Position numbers and translations under genes: made by a program. A model generated the notes under the pieces. That model saw nothing but the letters and a program-made list of their open reading frames with translations. It made no database searches and was not told the origin of the DNA. Of a DNA stretch of 64,000 nucleotides, positions 39,398-52,163 are shown in pieces; the stretch's first letter is position 1; each line of letters starts with the position of its first letter. Origin of the DNA: Psammoneis japonica (lineage: Eukaryota); the NCBI GenBank assembly GCA_008632985.1, contig QPGO01000059.1, positions 1 to 64,000 of the forward strand, written 5' to 3'.

Positions 39398-41902
39398 ATG
39401 AGCGGACAACCAATTATCCTTGGCAAACGAAAAAGGAATAAAGAGGAGGATCCGGTTGAAATGATGCAGCAGGTCTCAATCGAAAACGGTGAAGAAAGTG
39501 CACCGGAATCGATGGAGCTCGTGGTGGACACTGCAGCGAGCGCCGTAGATTACTCGACCACAGTCATCGCCTCCGAAGTTGTGCAGGAATGGTTAAAGGA
39601 AATCAAAGACCCAGCCGCAAAGCGTGCCGCGGAAGAAAAGAAGGATCAAATAATTGAATGCCTGACGTCACTAGCGAATGAAAAAGAATGGTTGTCAAGC
39701 GAACGCGAAAGCAAAATTGGCTATGCCAGCGTTGAAATTGCTATTCAGCTGCAGCTGCCGGGAGACGTAGCCTCTGATGCAGCCATACACTTTGTGGACG
39801 CTATCGAAGCGAGCAGACGAATCGAGTGGAAGCAACGTGTGGCGACTCTGGACTACAAAATTGAAGAGATCGGGCTTTCGCACTCTCATGACGTCAACCA
39901 GTTTATGAAGCAAACCGTGACTGTGGCAAAATGGTATGAAGAGAATAACCAGTTGCAGGACGGCCCATATTTTTGCTTGATTCAATCAAGTGGAATGGGC
40001 AAGACTAAGATCATGTACCATGCCTGCAAGGAATTAGATGAGAAGGACAGGTGGCGGTGCTCCCTGGTACTCCCGAGTGAGATCAAGACGGGAAATTTAT
40101 CGCCTTCAAATGCACAAAACGTTTTCAAAAAACGAATAAGCCTCCAAGGAGTTCTTACGAAAAACAAACCCATTGGTCAAATAGTCGGTCAATGCTTTGA
40201 GGAATTGGATCAACTGGTGGCTGCAACTGTTGGAAAGGAGGAAAGCGCCGAAACTCCCAAAAACGGCTTCAAGCATGTCTTTCTTTGCTTTGACGAAGCA
40301 CAGGCTTATTTGGACTCATTTGAGGAAACAGAGAAGGAACCGAATTCACAGAGAGAGTTGAAAAGAAAGCACCCATCACTACTTTTCAGGATTATTCGTT
40401 TGTGGCTGCGAAAGAAGCGATCGGATGGTATAAGAATTGTTGCTTGCTTTGCCGGGACGACTGCTAATTTGAATAATCTTCGCTTCGAGTTTGACGACGA
40501 CAAAAGATTGATGAATACAGCTCCTTCACGTGATTGGACAGCTAAGGATGTTAGCTTCTACGACAAAGGATCGGAGATTTTTCCGGTGTTCACCGTGACG
40601 ACCACTATGGGGTGTATCACCAAGACGAACCAAGGAAGCGAATACAGGAAGGCGATTCGTTATGGGCGCCCTCTGTTTGCTGTTTTGGATGCCAACAATG
40701 CACTTGAAGCAAAGCTGCAGAATATTCTTGGTCGTATGCTCTTAAGTAAGTTGGATTGGGAGAAAAACTTGCCTGCGTGTCTCAGTGTTCTTGCTACTAG
40801 GATGCAGATGGGCCAAACGACCTTTTCAATTGCTTCCGATCTTGTTGCCAACGGATATGCAAACCTTACCTCGGTCTCATCGGGCGCTGCAAGAATGTGC
40901 TTTATGACCGATCCCGTGTGCGCCCGTCTTGCTATGCGCTTGATGGATCCAAAGTTCACATGCGGGCTTTTCAACGGGAAGGAACCACAGTGGTGGGTCA
41001 GAAAGATGGCCAAATTATTCTCTCGGGGTATCTGTAGTCCCGAGAAGGGTGATTTTGGTGAAGTGATGGTTGCCTTTTACTTGCTGGTCTGTGGGGATGA
41101 GTTGCGTCGACCCATGTCAGACGAAACCTTCTCTGTTTCATTGGACGATTGGCTGGGTACGGTGCAGTGTGGAGGGCACCCCAAAAAGCCCGTTGCGCCT
41201 TCCTCAAACGCCAGGGTGACGGTTAACTTCATTCAGGTCTGTCGCAACTACCTTCGTTCTTATGGAGACAGTTGGGATGGTTTTAAGGACCAAAGCTTCT
41301 TGAAGTACGTATACGAATCTGCCACCGCCTTTTATGTCTTTGGAGGCTGCCCTTTAATTGATATGGCCGGTGCTATCAAAATTTCCAGTCCAACCACGAG
41401 TGAGATATCCTTTGCGCCGCTTTTCATTTCCATCAAGTCACATCACTATTTTTCACCGAAGCAAGCGAAACAAGAATGTGACAAGATGTTGGTCAGGGCT
41501 GCCGAGAGTGGCTGTACGCAAGCGTTGTGTCTCCTCATTGTATTCGGGTCGCCAACGTCGTCTACCGACACGGACTACGCTTTTGACGGGGGTGTGGCAG
41601 AAAAGCTGGTTGGAAATAAACCTGTGGCTCGTATTATTCGCATCCCGGACGATGATTTTTTTGGGGTAACGGATGCTTTTGTCGAGCTTACATCAGGCGG
41701 AGCAGCTGTTGGTGAGGTTATGGCGTCACATCCTTATATTCGTGCTAACATTGAAGTGCCAATGGTGCTTGAACCCCAATTTGCTCTTCGGCGGGGGGAG
41801 AAAGATTTAGAAGCAAAGGATATTTTGACGGCTCTTTCGAAGGAACTCAGAAATGAAGCCTGGCCTACCGCAAACACGAGTGGGAATTCCGCGAGTAATT
41901 AA
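39398..41902 (+). CDS. P-loop NTPase with putative C-terminal restriction-endonuclease-like domain (Crinkler/CR-effector-like architecture)
   Basis: Walker A PYFCLIQSSGMGKTK, Walker B FLCFDEAQ, YGRPLF, KGDFGE, PLID...FISIKS; uninterrupted ORF with normal Tyr/TA content. Confidence 0.7.
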   Translation: MSGQPIILGKRKRNKEEDPVEMMQQVSIENGEESAPESMELVVDTAASAVDYSTTVIASEVVQEWLKEIKDPAAKRAAEEKKDQIIECLTSLANEKEWLSSERESKIGYASVEIAIQLQLPGDVASDAAIHFVDAIEASRRIEWKQRVATLDYKIEEIGLSHSHDVNQFMKQTVTVAKWYEENNQLQDGPYFCLIQSSGMGKTKIMYHACKELDEKDRWRCSLVLPSEIKTGNLSPSNAQNVFKKRISLQGVLTKNKPIGQIVGQCFEELDQLVAATVGKEESAETPKNGFKHVFLCFDEAQAYLDSFEETEKEPNSQRELKRKHPSLLFRIIRLWLRKKRSDGIRIVACFAGTTANLNNLRFEFDDDKRLMNTAPSRDWTAKDVSFYDKGSEIFPVFTVTTTMGCITKTNQGSEYRKAIRYGRPLFAVLDANNALEAKLQNILGRMLLSKLDWEKNLPACLSVLATRMQMGQTTFSIASDLVANGYANLTSVSSGAARMCFMTDPVCARLAMRLMDPKFTCGLFNGKEPQWWVRKMAKLFSRGICSPEKGDFGEVMVAFYLLVCGDELRRPMSDETFSVSLDDWLGTVQCGGHPKKPVAPSSNARVTVNFIQVCRNYLRSYGDSWDGFKDQSFLKYVYESATAFYVFGGCPLIDMAGAIKISSPTTSEISFAPLFISIKSHHYFSPKQAKQECDKMLVRAAESGCTQALCLLIVFGSPTSSTDTDYAFDGGVAEKLVGNKPVARIIRIPDDDFFGVTDAFVELTSGGAAVGEVMASHPYIRANIEVPMVLEPQFALRRGEKDLEAKDILTALSKELRNEAWPTANTSGNSASN

Positions 41903-42770
41903 AAAGTTTGGACGGTCAGTTGTAGTTAGCACAGCAGGGTATTCTTTACGAAACCTGATCTACGTAAAGCCGCAACATAATGCCTAAGTTAAATTTATGA
42001 CAATAGAATGAAGAAATACTCCGTTATGGTCCTAAACTTCTTGGCGGGTCAGAGCTTGTTCTTGAAATGATAACTGAGGCATGGCAAATGTGAGCTTTTT
42101 GCAATTAGATTCCAATGCTTTAAATCCCTGTATGATGGGCCAAAGTGTGTTGCAATCCCTCCTCTGCTTTGACTTTCTGATTCAACCAAGTAACACTTGC
42201 AAAAAATTTGGCCTCTGTCCAGTTTGTGTAGAAGTGAACCTGTGTGCACCCATGTTGCAAGGGGGGGGGGGGGGGTGCTGACTGCACCAGTGAGTTCATG
42301 GACAAACACATTGTCTTTGTTCTAGATTAATCAGGGTGAACACAAATGATGAAAAGATTTTGAGGATCATGACAAAGCATCTCAAGAACATTTAAAAGCA
42401 ATCTTCTCACTTCAACCCCTGTGCCAACGCAACAGCAGTCCCAAGGGTGGCCGCTGCAATCTCTGCTAAAGCCAGATGAGTTCCTTTTGATGTGGCTTGC
42501 TTCAAGTCATTGTCCACCATTTTTTTGACACATGTTGGATGATGAGACTCACAATGCTTGACAAATGCATCAACCATCATCTCAGATCGCCATTTGCTGG
42601 CAAATGGCACGCAAGGGTCAATCCAAAGGTCTGGAAAATTTCGTGCAACTCTGTGATGACACAAACTGCAATGCAGTTTCCAGGATGCTTTTGTTTTTGG
42701 CCACAAGAACTGCAGGCATGCAGTGACAAAAACAAGAGTTTGGCATTCTCACTCACTGCAAAGTTGCACG

Positions 42771-42915
42771 TTTGTTTGGGGGCTTAAATGGTTGACCCTT
42801 GCAGCGGTGTTGACCCAATCAATCCCAAAAGAAGATCAAGGATTTGTTTGGGGGCTCAAACGGTTGACCCTTGCAATGGCATTGACCCAACCAATCCCAA
42901 AAAAAGATCAAGGAT
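42771..42915. repeat. Tandem duplication, 72 bp x2
   Basis: tttgtttgggggct.aaa.ggttgacccttgca...aagatcaaggat twice. Confidence 0.8.
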
Positions 42916-43859
42916 TGAAGCAATGCAATTCTGTGACCATGAGGACAAGTCATCATTTGGAAGCATCCAGCCACTTTGATCCACTGCCAACCACACTTCA
43001 ATGAGTCGTCAGGCTTCTGTGGCCAACAAACAATGCAATGGGAGGCATGCCACAACCGCACAACCATGTGTCCCAATCAATTTGTTGTGCATGCGCGGGT
43101 GCTCAGCAAAGCAATTCCATGAAAAATGTCCAAAAGTCTTCCAACACTGCAACCTTGTCAGCAAAACAGGCCACGCGGGCTTGGAAGAAGGACTCAAGTC
43201 ATGGATCAGACAGAAGCCTTTTTCATGAGCAACCATGGAATGGGCATCATCAGGATTGTCATCATCAATGTCAAGCACCAGTTTTGTGTGCTTGTTTGGC
43301 ATCCATTTGAAAGCATCTCACAATTGTGATCATCCACCCAGAGTGTCAAAGTCAATGAATCAATCATCGTTGAGAATGTGGGCCATGATTTTGCCTTGCA
43401 ACCACATGGTCCAAGCTTCATTGAGCCAATGATGATCCCAAGTGGCATTGATGGTGACAAGATTCCTGCTTCAACTGTGCAAGATCTTGTGAGTGGCCAC
43501 CATGTCTGCCAAGGACCGGTCTGTGGCTGACAATGCAGGAGCAAGAAAGCAACCATTCACATTCTCCATGCCCTGGAATTTTAGAATTGAAAACCAGACA
43601 ATGCAAAAATTGGGTTGGTGTGTTTTTCTGTTTGAAGCTGTCCACATTTAAAAATGAGAAAGAAAGTGAAAGAACAAAATCCATTTTTGAGGGTGCTGCT
43701 GCACTGCCGCCCTGCAACTCTGGCAAATGAGCTGCTGGCCCACACCCCCAGTGCACAAAAATGCGTCAGGAATGCATTGTGATTAGACTGTTTTGACACC
43801 ATCTTGCAATGATGCCCCGCCAAAGTAGCTGACAATGGTGTGCGCACCACTCAGAGCAA

Positions 43860-45140
43860 AATGCTTTGCATCACAGATGCTCTCTCTGGACATGGGCTAA
43901 ACCATGGCAACCCAATTTTGTGGTCGTTGTGTGGAGTGTGCAAGATGTTCCTCTGAGGAATCTAACAGATGAGTGCAATCTTGAGCAAGGTGCTCTGACC
44001 TGCACAAATGAATGGCAGCAACCTCTGCCTCAGCATCTCAGTGTAAAGCAGATTTCTGTGTCTTGGCATCATCACCATTGGGCCCAGATGAAGTTCCCAA
44101 TTGTGGCAGCCCAGTCAAATTGTCCAGTTCTGTCATCCACACACGCACAAGACAAGCTCCAATCAAGCAGGCAACTCTGTTGGGCCACACTGCAAAGAGA
44201 GGAGAAACGTCCATTGAAAAGATGATGCCAGCCAATCCCACCCTGAGAGAGAGCCATCTCCCTGTCCGTTGCATGTGTTTTGTCCAGACTGAACTGTTCT
44301 TCCCGCAATTCTGCTTGGAGTGCCAAGAGAAGCAGGTCATGAACCGGGGGGGGGGGGGGGGCAGCATGGATGTCATTGCACTTCTTTTGAAGGCATTGCA
44401 GAAACTGACACTGTGGCCATGGCTTGTTGTGGTTGCAACAGTGGAGGACATGGTCCCTGTCTTCCTTTGCAGCCTGACAACAAATGCAGCCATCCAGGTG
44501 AGCGGGGTTCTTGCACCAGTGGACTGTCCCATCAGTTGGAAGAAGATCCTGCACCAGTTTGACAGTGCTGATGCACCTGCGAATGTTCCTTGACATCAGT
44601 TTGGAGTGAGCCATCCAATTGATCTCCTCAAAGACCGCATCAGACCATTGGTTCTTCTCTTTCATGTGTGCGATCAGAGGGGGAGTGGCTGCGTCATGTC
44701 AGAGGATGGCTTTGAAGTTCAAACCAAGGGCAGCACCCTGAATTGTGAAATTTGCAGGGCAGCGAGGCATTTGCAGAGCAACAGAGGTGTTGTGGGCATG
44801 CAGACCCTGATGTGGTCCGGCGATCCTGCCTGCTCTCACATTGAGCCTTGCCAGCAGAGAAAGTGATGACAACAGGAAGAGACAATCCTGATGTCCCTCA
44901 ACCCAGTGGAGAAAAAAAGGAAAGACTTGCACCAAAGGGGGGAGAATGGTGGCAATGCCAACAAATCACACCACCCACCCCATGCTGAATGCATGGGGTT
45001 TTGCTGTGATTTCTTTGGCAGGCATCAAACAGGCTTTGGTCAAGGCCAATTTGCGTGCAGCCACTTCAATGAGGTCTCATTCACACCACACCAAACAAGG
45101 GGGGGATCTGTCCAAATCAGTCACAGCAAAGACCAACAGA
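43860..45140 (-). mobile_element. Decayed RNase H-LINE fragment, same family as 21519-23154
   Basis: HWVEGHQD, WSDAVFEEINWMAHSKLM, VKLVQDLLPT, CICC..EDRDHVL; limits approximate. Confidence 0.7.
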
Positions 45141-45148
45141 CAGGAGGA

Positions 45149-45333
45149 TGTTTTGGTCTGTCCGTGTGTGGACAGACAAGGCTGCTGATGTGTTTGTTGG
45201 CTCGCTTCTTAGAAAGTGTGACTTTGATGATGTCTATGACATTTTGAAGACTTTGGCAGAATGCGGGATAGATCCAATCTAGGATCCTTTTCACAATTCA
45301 AACAGATCTTGTTTTTGACACGGATTCATTCAG
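45149..45333 (+). repeat. Copia 5' LTR
   Basis: Starts tgttttggtctgtc; matches 51978-52163. Confidence 0.85.
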
Positions 45334-47755
45334 CACTTCATCAGAGCCATCCCCCAGCCAACGATCGACGATGGCATTCACCGCAGTGCAAACCACTGCA
45401 TTCTTCACAGACAATGCACAGATGGGAGCACCCAACGCGACCCGTGCGCAGCCAGGATTGCCACAAGTCAACAGACCTTGCTGACTTCAATGAAGAAGGT
45501 CTCAAGCAAGTTTTCGAAAACCTCAAATGCCCTGGGGGTGCGATCCCAGACCCTGCTCCTGGTGCGGCGGCAGGAGCGATGACCAGGACTCTGGCATTCG
45601 TGATTGGAGCCAAGAGCATGATGCGTCTCAAGGTTGCGAGGCAAGTGGTGTGGCACTGTGAAGCTGTCAGTCGTGAGCCATCAGCGGCGAATGTGCGGTG
45701 GACTCCTGTGCTCAAGAACTTCCAAGAAGCGCGGAAAGCCCTCCAGAGCAGGAAGGACGAGGATGACCCGGATGTCCCAAGGATCTCCAAGTCACTGCCA
45801 ATTGTGAAGTGGACTGAAGCCTTCCGCGATCATCTTCAGCGTGTGATCGGCAGTCGGACCATTCCACTCTCGTGTGTCACTCAGGAGATGGTCGAAGTTG
45901 AGCCAACCGCACCCACTTTAGCTGCGAACCAACCTCATTTGGAAGAGCACGGCTCGCTGGAAGATGAGCTTGTGGCTCGCGCCAGTCACACTCACCCTTC
46001 ATTCCGCAAGGACAACTCTGGGGTCTGCTGTGCATTGGAAGAAGCCACTCGTGGTGCTTCGCACGTGGCTTCGATCAAGCCATTCCAGCGCCGGAAGGAT
46101 GGAAGGGGCGCATGGATTGCACTTGCGTCACAGCATGCTGGTGAAGACAAGTGGGCGGCTGAACTCAAGAAGCAGGAAGAGTTCATTCACAATGGGAAGT
46201 GGAAAGCTCAGTCAAATTTTTCTCTTGATCGGTTTGTCTCTCAACACAGAAATGCTTTCATTTCTGTGCAGCAGTGTGCGGAACATGTCACTTTCCAACT
46301 TCCAAATGAACACACATGAGTCACGCACCTTTTGGATGCCATTGAAACTTCGGATGCTCCATTGTAGGCTGCGATGGCTCTGGTTTGCAACAACATGGGA
46401 CCAAATGGCAAACGAAGTGATTTTGAGGCTGCGGTGGCATGTGTCTTGCCCTGTGACCCTGTGGCAAAGAAATGAGCCGCAAAGCGACCTCATGCGGAGG
46501 TTTCTGTGATTGATTCAAGTGCCATCAAGTCAGGTGTCAGCAAAACGGGTGTGGAACTCCGATGCCACACTCACACCGAATGTCGCAAGCTGGAGGCCGA
46601 CCAGAAGGCCGAATTGAAGGAATGGCGCTCCAATGAGGGGTCTTCCACTACGAAGAAGAAAGACAACAAGGCCAAGTCGTCGGGTGGTGGTTCGCAAAAG
46701 AAAATCAAGAAGATGATTTCTGAAGCAGTGGCCACCAAACTAGCTTCACGCGGAAAGAAGGATGAAAAGGGTGACGCCGAGTCTGATGATGCCAAAGCAG
46801 GAGCATGTCTCCTTTCCCTTGTTCAGGCAGCGTCTGCACAAGCAACGGCCCCTCCTCTGCCACCTCCACCTCCACCACCTGCTCTGGCTCCGGCACAGGC
46901 CGCGTCAGTTCACTTCAAGCCTCCCTCTGTTGCGTTGCAGTCCATCCTTTGATGTGCGGGTGCACAGAAATGAAATGCAGGGATGGCGCTGCGCTCCCAT
47001 GTCTCTTTGCTTGAGGGGAGAAATTGTGCCATCTGTGCCATTGAATCGCAGTCGCCGATTCCCAATTCGTCTGTTCTGAAATTTGTTGCTCGCCATGCAA
47101 TCTCTGATGCCACTTCAGGGACAATCGAAGAGACTCAAGAAGAGAGCAAAACGCGTTCTGAATTGGATTCTCATGCCAACATGGTTGCCATTGGAAGAGG
47201 ATCCTGCATCTTGAATGATGCTGGCCGTGCAGCTCAAGTCAGTCCATTCAATCCCAAGTGCAAATCAATGAAGGACGTTTGAATCGTTGAAGCACCATTG
47301 GCCTGTGATTGTCCACATTCTTTGAAGACGTGCTTGCTGGTCCTGCACAACGCGTTGCACATCCCGGCGATGGACCACAACTTGCTGCCGCCCTTTGTGC
47401 CACGTGAAGCAGGGGTGATCGTGAATGATGTCCCCAAGATCCAAGTGATGGGTCGCGAGCCTGCTGAAGAGGATCGCGCTTTGCTGTTCCCAAAGATGAA
47501 GATGCGAATCCCACCATCGCTGTGGGGGGTGCTCTCTTATTTTCCTTTGCGATGTCCAACTCTGCAGGAGATGCAAGATGTTGAAGACGCGCTGGTTCTC
47601 ACTCCGTCTGGACACACTTGGAACCCTCACTCAGATGCCTGCGCTTGCAATGAGGAGAGCATGCTGGGCTGGGAGGGCAACATGGCCAACAAGCGAGATT
47701 GGATCAAGATGCTTGTGGAAGATTTGCCAGAAGAAGACGAAGATCTCAGAGTCTC

Positions 47756-48151
47756 GACGGGTTCCAGTCCCAGGTGGGACTCCGTGTGACATTGGGCCCG
47801 TAGAATTCTGCGTGCGAGCTCCGCAGTAAATTTGTGCTGCAATGAAAATGCAAATGATCGCCAACAGAAAAAGAGGCAATTTTACGAACGCATCTCCTCC
47901 TTCACACTTGCAGCACATCATTGACAGTTTGCCCGGGCATGTTCTTCAGACATTAAAGAATGCACCCAGTGCATTTTCACTCTCATGAATGTTGAAAATA
48001 GAAAGCCTTTGGCTTCGCAAAACAGGGAGCATGAAACAATTTCGTAGAATGTCACACGTAGAAATGCACGTGCGCGACATGCGACGCGATCCAAAAAACC
48101 ATTGATGTCACAGTTCAGCAGTGCGAGGTCCCACCTAGAGCTGGATGCATC
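47756..48151 (-). mobile_element. MITE copy 4 (second subfamily) inserted in Copia pol, TSD TCTC
   Basis: Related TIRs in reverse orientation; different core; tctc on both sides. Confidence 0.88.
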
Positions 48152-51100
48152 TCTCGTCCATCATCTCTGGCATCGAAGCATTGGCAATTGACTGCAACCT
48201 GTCAGTCGTGGATCATTTTGAAGCTCGTGATGACCTGAGTGGATGTCCGGGGGCTGTTCGTGAAGCCATGCACGCTGCCCCATGTGACATTTCTGTCACT
48301 CTTGATCCTGTTTCACTTGCTGAAGATCTTCAAGACCGCCGAGACATTGGGGTGTTTGCTGCGTCCGTGGGCTCTGCCAGCGCAGGACATGAAGTGGACA
48401 TGGGTCAAGATGACGATGTTGATTTTGACATTTTCGAAGATGTCCAGCTCGACGACATTGTTGACGATCTCATGGACCACTTTGAATCTGATCCTCATCT
48501 CACTGTTGGTGGCACTGCAGCATCCAAGTCCAAGGGTGTGTCTCCCAAGCATCTTTCTAAGATCGGGAGGACAAGCACCAAGGATGCCGAACGCACAATG
48601 GACAACACGATGCAACCACTGCGACGAACCGATGACCCCACTTTGTCCAGGAACTTTTCTGCGAATGACAGAATGTTGCGATGCCGTCGAATTGCCCAAC
48701 ATTTCTTCATGGATGCCTTCTTTGCGTCCAAAGGATTTGCAATGTTGCACCGATGCGCGCTTGATCCGAGATTCCTCAGGCTCTCAAGATGTTCTCGAAG
48801 GAAGTTGGTGCTCCGGAGGCTGTTGTCTGCGGCAGCGACTCTGCTCAGAAGTCTGATGAGATTCGCCAGTTTCTTCACTCCATTGGAACCAGTTTGCGAC
48901 TTTTGGAGGAGGGAGCACCCTGGTTGAATTGTGCCAAGTTGTGCATCTGGCTTGCTCAAGGAGGCGGTCCGCAAGGATGTGAAGGCGTCACTCTGTCCTT
49001 TGTCTTTTTGGGATTGCTGTTTTGAAAGACAGGCTAGGATCAACAATCTTGCTGCTCGCAACCTGTTCCAACTTGAGTGGAGAAATCCACATTTCTCTGT
49101 GACCGGCAAGGAAGGTGACATTTCCAACCTGGCTCAATTTGGGTGGTGCGAATGGTGTCACTTTCGTGAGCACACTGATCCTTTCCCATTTGATGAAGTC
49201 CTTGGACGTGTGTCAGGACCCGCGAAAGGAGAAGGGAATGAAATGGCACAATGGGTGTTGAGGGGGAATGGCAACGTCGTCCCTGGGTGCAGTGTCCGAC
49301 GTCTCACGGTTGCTGAGTTGAACAGTGACTCCAAGAAACGGAAGCGCGAGATTTTTGATCAGTGTGTTGAGTCTCGATGGGGCTCTGCGGCGTGTCCTGT
49401 GTCTTCTGCTGGGAAACAATTTGTTCCCTGTGGAGACAAAGACAAGAAGCCACGTGAGTTCCCTGACTTTGATGACCCAGTCGACGCCACAGGGAACGCA
49501 GTTGATCCGACTCCGTTGCATGATGCAATGATTCATGCGGAGTTGGCTCTTCCCCAAGGCGACAAATTACGTCGTGCCAAAGTCGTCGGTCGAGCTGTGG
49601 ATCCGGATGGATGTTCTGTTGGAACCTGCAGCGATGACCCTGTCATGAACACCTTGGTGTGCGAAGTCGAGTTTCCTGACGGGGAGGTGAAAGAGTGTGC
49701 AGCCAGTGTCATCGCGGAGAATTTGACATCTCAAGTTGATCCCAAAGGTTGTTCACTGAACGCATTTGACAGTGTGCTCGATTTCTCCAAGGATGAAACC
49801 ACTTTAACCAAGGACAACATGTGTGCCAAGATTGGGAAACGTCTGCGAATTCGCAAGACTGCGTGTGGCTGGAAGTTCCTTGTGCTCTGGAAGGATAGAA
49901 CTGAGTCTTGGGTTCCCCTGAAGGACATGAAGGAGTCTCATCCTGTTGAGACAGCTGAATTTGCGCAGTGAACCGGCATTCCGTTGGTGGGTGCCGCACA
50001 CGCTGCGCAAGCGGGGCATCATTGTGTCGGCGGTCAAGGCTCGTGTGCGACGAACCACGCACAAGCATGGAGTCAAGTTGCCCAATGCTGTTAAAGAGGC
50101 TCTTGAACTTGATCGTCAGAATGGCAACAACCTGTGGGAGACAGCTGTTGAGAAGGAGATGAGCAATGCGGGTGTTGCATTTGAGATTTTGGACGATGAC
50201 ACACCTGCTCCTGTTGGCTGGTCCAAGCAGTCAGGTCACTCAGTGTTTGATGTCAAGATGACCATGGCCAGGAAGGCAAGGTGGGTCCTTGATGGACACA
50301 AGACTTCAAGTCCCGAGGGTTTGATGCATGCTGACGTTGCATCCAGGGAAAGCATTCGAGTTGCCTTGACGCACACGGCTTTGAACGATGTCGATGTGAT
50401 GGCGGCCGACATTCAGAATGCGCATCTGCAGGCTCCGTCATTGCAGAAGCACTGCATCGTTTGTGGGCCCGAGTTTGGTCTTGAGAACATTGACAAGCGT
50501 GCTCTCATTTGTCGGGCCTTGCATGGAGGAAAGTCAGCAGGATGAGACTTCCGAAACCACCTGCGTGCGTGTGTGTCTCACCTCGGGTTCAAGCCGTGCA
50601 AAGCTGATCCTGATGTTTAGATGCACGAGGCTCTTAAGTCCGATGGCACTGAGCACCAGGCGCATGTGTTGTTGCACACCGACGATGTGCTTTGTGTGTC
50701 AAATGATGCCAAGAATGTCATCAGGAATGAGATTGGCAAGCACTTCCCGATGAAGGAATCTTCGATTGGCCCCCCTTTGCCACATCTCGGTGGTCACCTG
50801 CAATGTGTGGAACTTGAGAACGGAGTCAAGGCATGGGCCTTCAGTTCCTTCCAGCATGTGCAGGCGGCGGTCAAGAACGTGGAGACATGTTTGGAGTCGA
50901 AAGGTTTGAAGTTGCCTTCGAAGGCTCCTGCTCTGCTTGGCAGTTCGCATCATCCTGAAGTCGACACGAGCAAGGAATTGCTGCCAGCCAAAGCAGCTCA
51001 CCACATGTCTCTCATTGGTGTCCTGCGATGGATGGTTGAGCTCGGACGTGTTGACATCTGTCTTGAAGTGTCTGTGATGTCTTTGCATGTGGCTTTGCCA

Positions 51101-51977
51101 CAAAGTGGACACCTCGATCAGGTGCATCACATCTTCGCATGCCTCAAGAAGCACCACAATGCGGAGATGGTGTTTGTCCCCAGTGATCCTGCAATTGATG
51201 AGTCCCCATTTGCTCAACAGGATTGGACGACCTCCGAATTTGGACTTGCTGCGAAGGAGGAGGCACCTGGGGACATGCCTCAAGCTCGAGGCATGGGTGT
51301 GATCGTCACTGCACATGTTGACGCGGATCACGCAGGCGATTCGATTGCTCGCCGATCGCGCACTGGTTTTCTTGTTTGTCTGAACTCTGTGCCTGTTTGC
51401 TGGTTGTCCAAGAAGCAAACAGGCATCAAGATGAGCTCGTTTGGGTCAGAGTTTGCCAGCATGAAGCAATGCACTGAGTGCATTCGAGGTCTTCGGCACA
51501 AGCTTCGGATGATGGGGATTCCGGTCACTGGTCCAGCCCATGTCTTGGGTGACAGCCAGTCGGTTCTGGCAAACACCTCCATCCCCGACTCAACGTTGAA
51601 GAAGAAATGTCACAGTTTGGCCCATCACTTTGTCCGTGAGGGTGCGGCCCGGGATGAGTGGCGGACTGCGCACATCAACACGCATTTGAACCCAAGTGAC
51701 TCATTGGCCAAGGCGCCACCTTCAGGGGAGAAGTGCAACCAATTCATTCGGATGATTCTACATTGTGTTGGAAGGAAGGTGGTGCAGGCTGCGCACCGCC
51801 GAACCACCTGCCATTGCAGAGGGTTTTATTTTGGAGTTCCCCACCGGTGGAGTGGGTTTTTGTTTGGAATTCCCCACTTGATGGAAGTTTGCATGGAGTT
51901 CGCCATTGCATGATGATGACACATCCCTTTGTTGGCAATCTAGATTGACAACATGACCAAGTCTAGATTGAGGGGAG

Positions 51978-52163
51978 TGTTTTGGTCTGTCTGTGTGTGG
52001 ACAGACAAGGCTGCTGACGTGTTTGTTGGCTCACTTCTTAGAAAGCATGACTTTGATGATGTCCACGACATTTTGAAGACTTTGGCAGAATGCAGGATAG
52101 ATCCAATCTAGGATCCTTCTCACAATTCAAATGGATCTTGGTGTTTTTGATGCGGATTTGTTT
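51978..52163 (+). repeat. Copia 3' LTR
   Basis: Immediately after the PPT; direct repeat of the 5' LTR; last bases uncertain. Confidence 0.85.

Larger units (their letters stand above)
45149..52163 (+). mobile_element. Decayed full-length Ty1/Copia (CoDi-like) LTR retrotransposon
   Basis: LTRs; PBS-like atcagagcc; gag from ATG 45371 (MAFTAVQTTAFFTD); protease ELDSHAN; integrase; RT (KARWVLDGH, DIQNAHLQA, LLHTDD); RNase H (HVDADHAGD); PPT gattgaggggag. Confidence 0.92.

Noticed and set aside
45149..52163. TG-versus-CA mismatches between the Copia LTRs as proof of TA loss
   Set aside because: CpG decay gives the same TG/CA pattern, so these sites cannot be polarised without an intact copy
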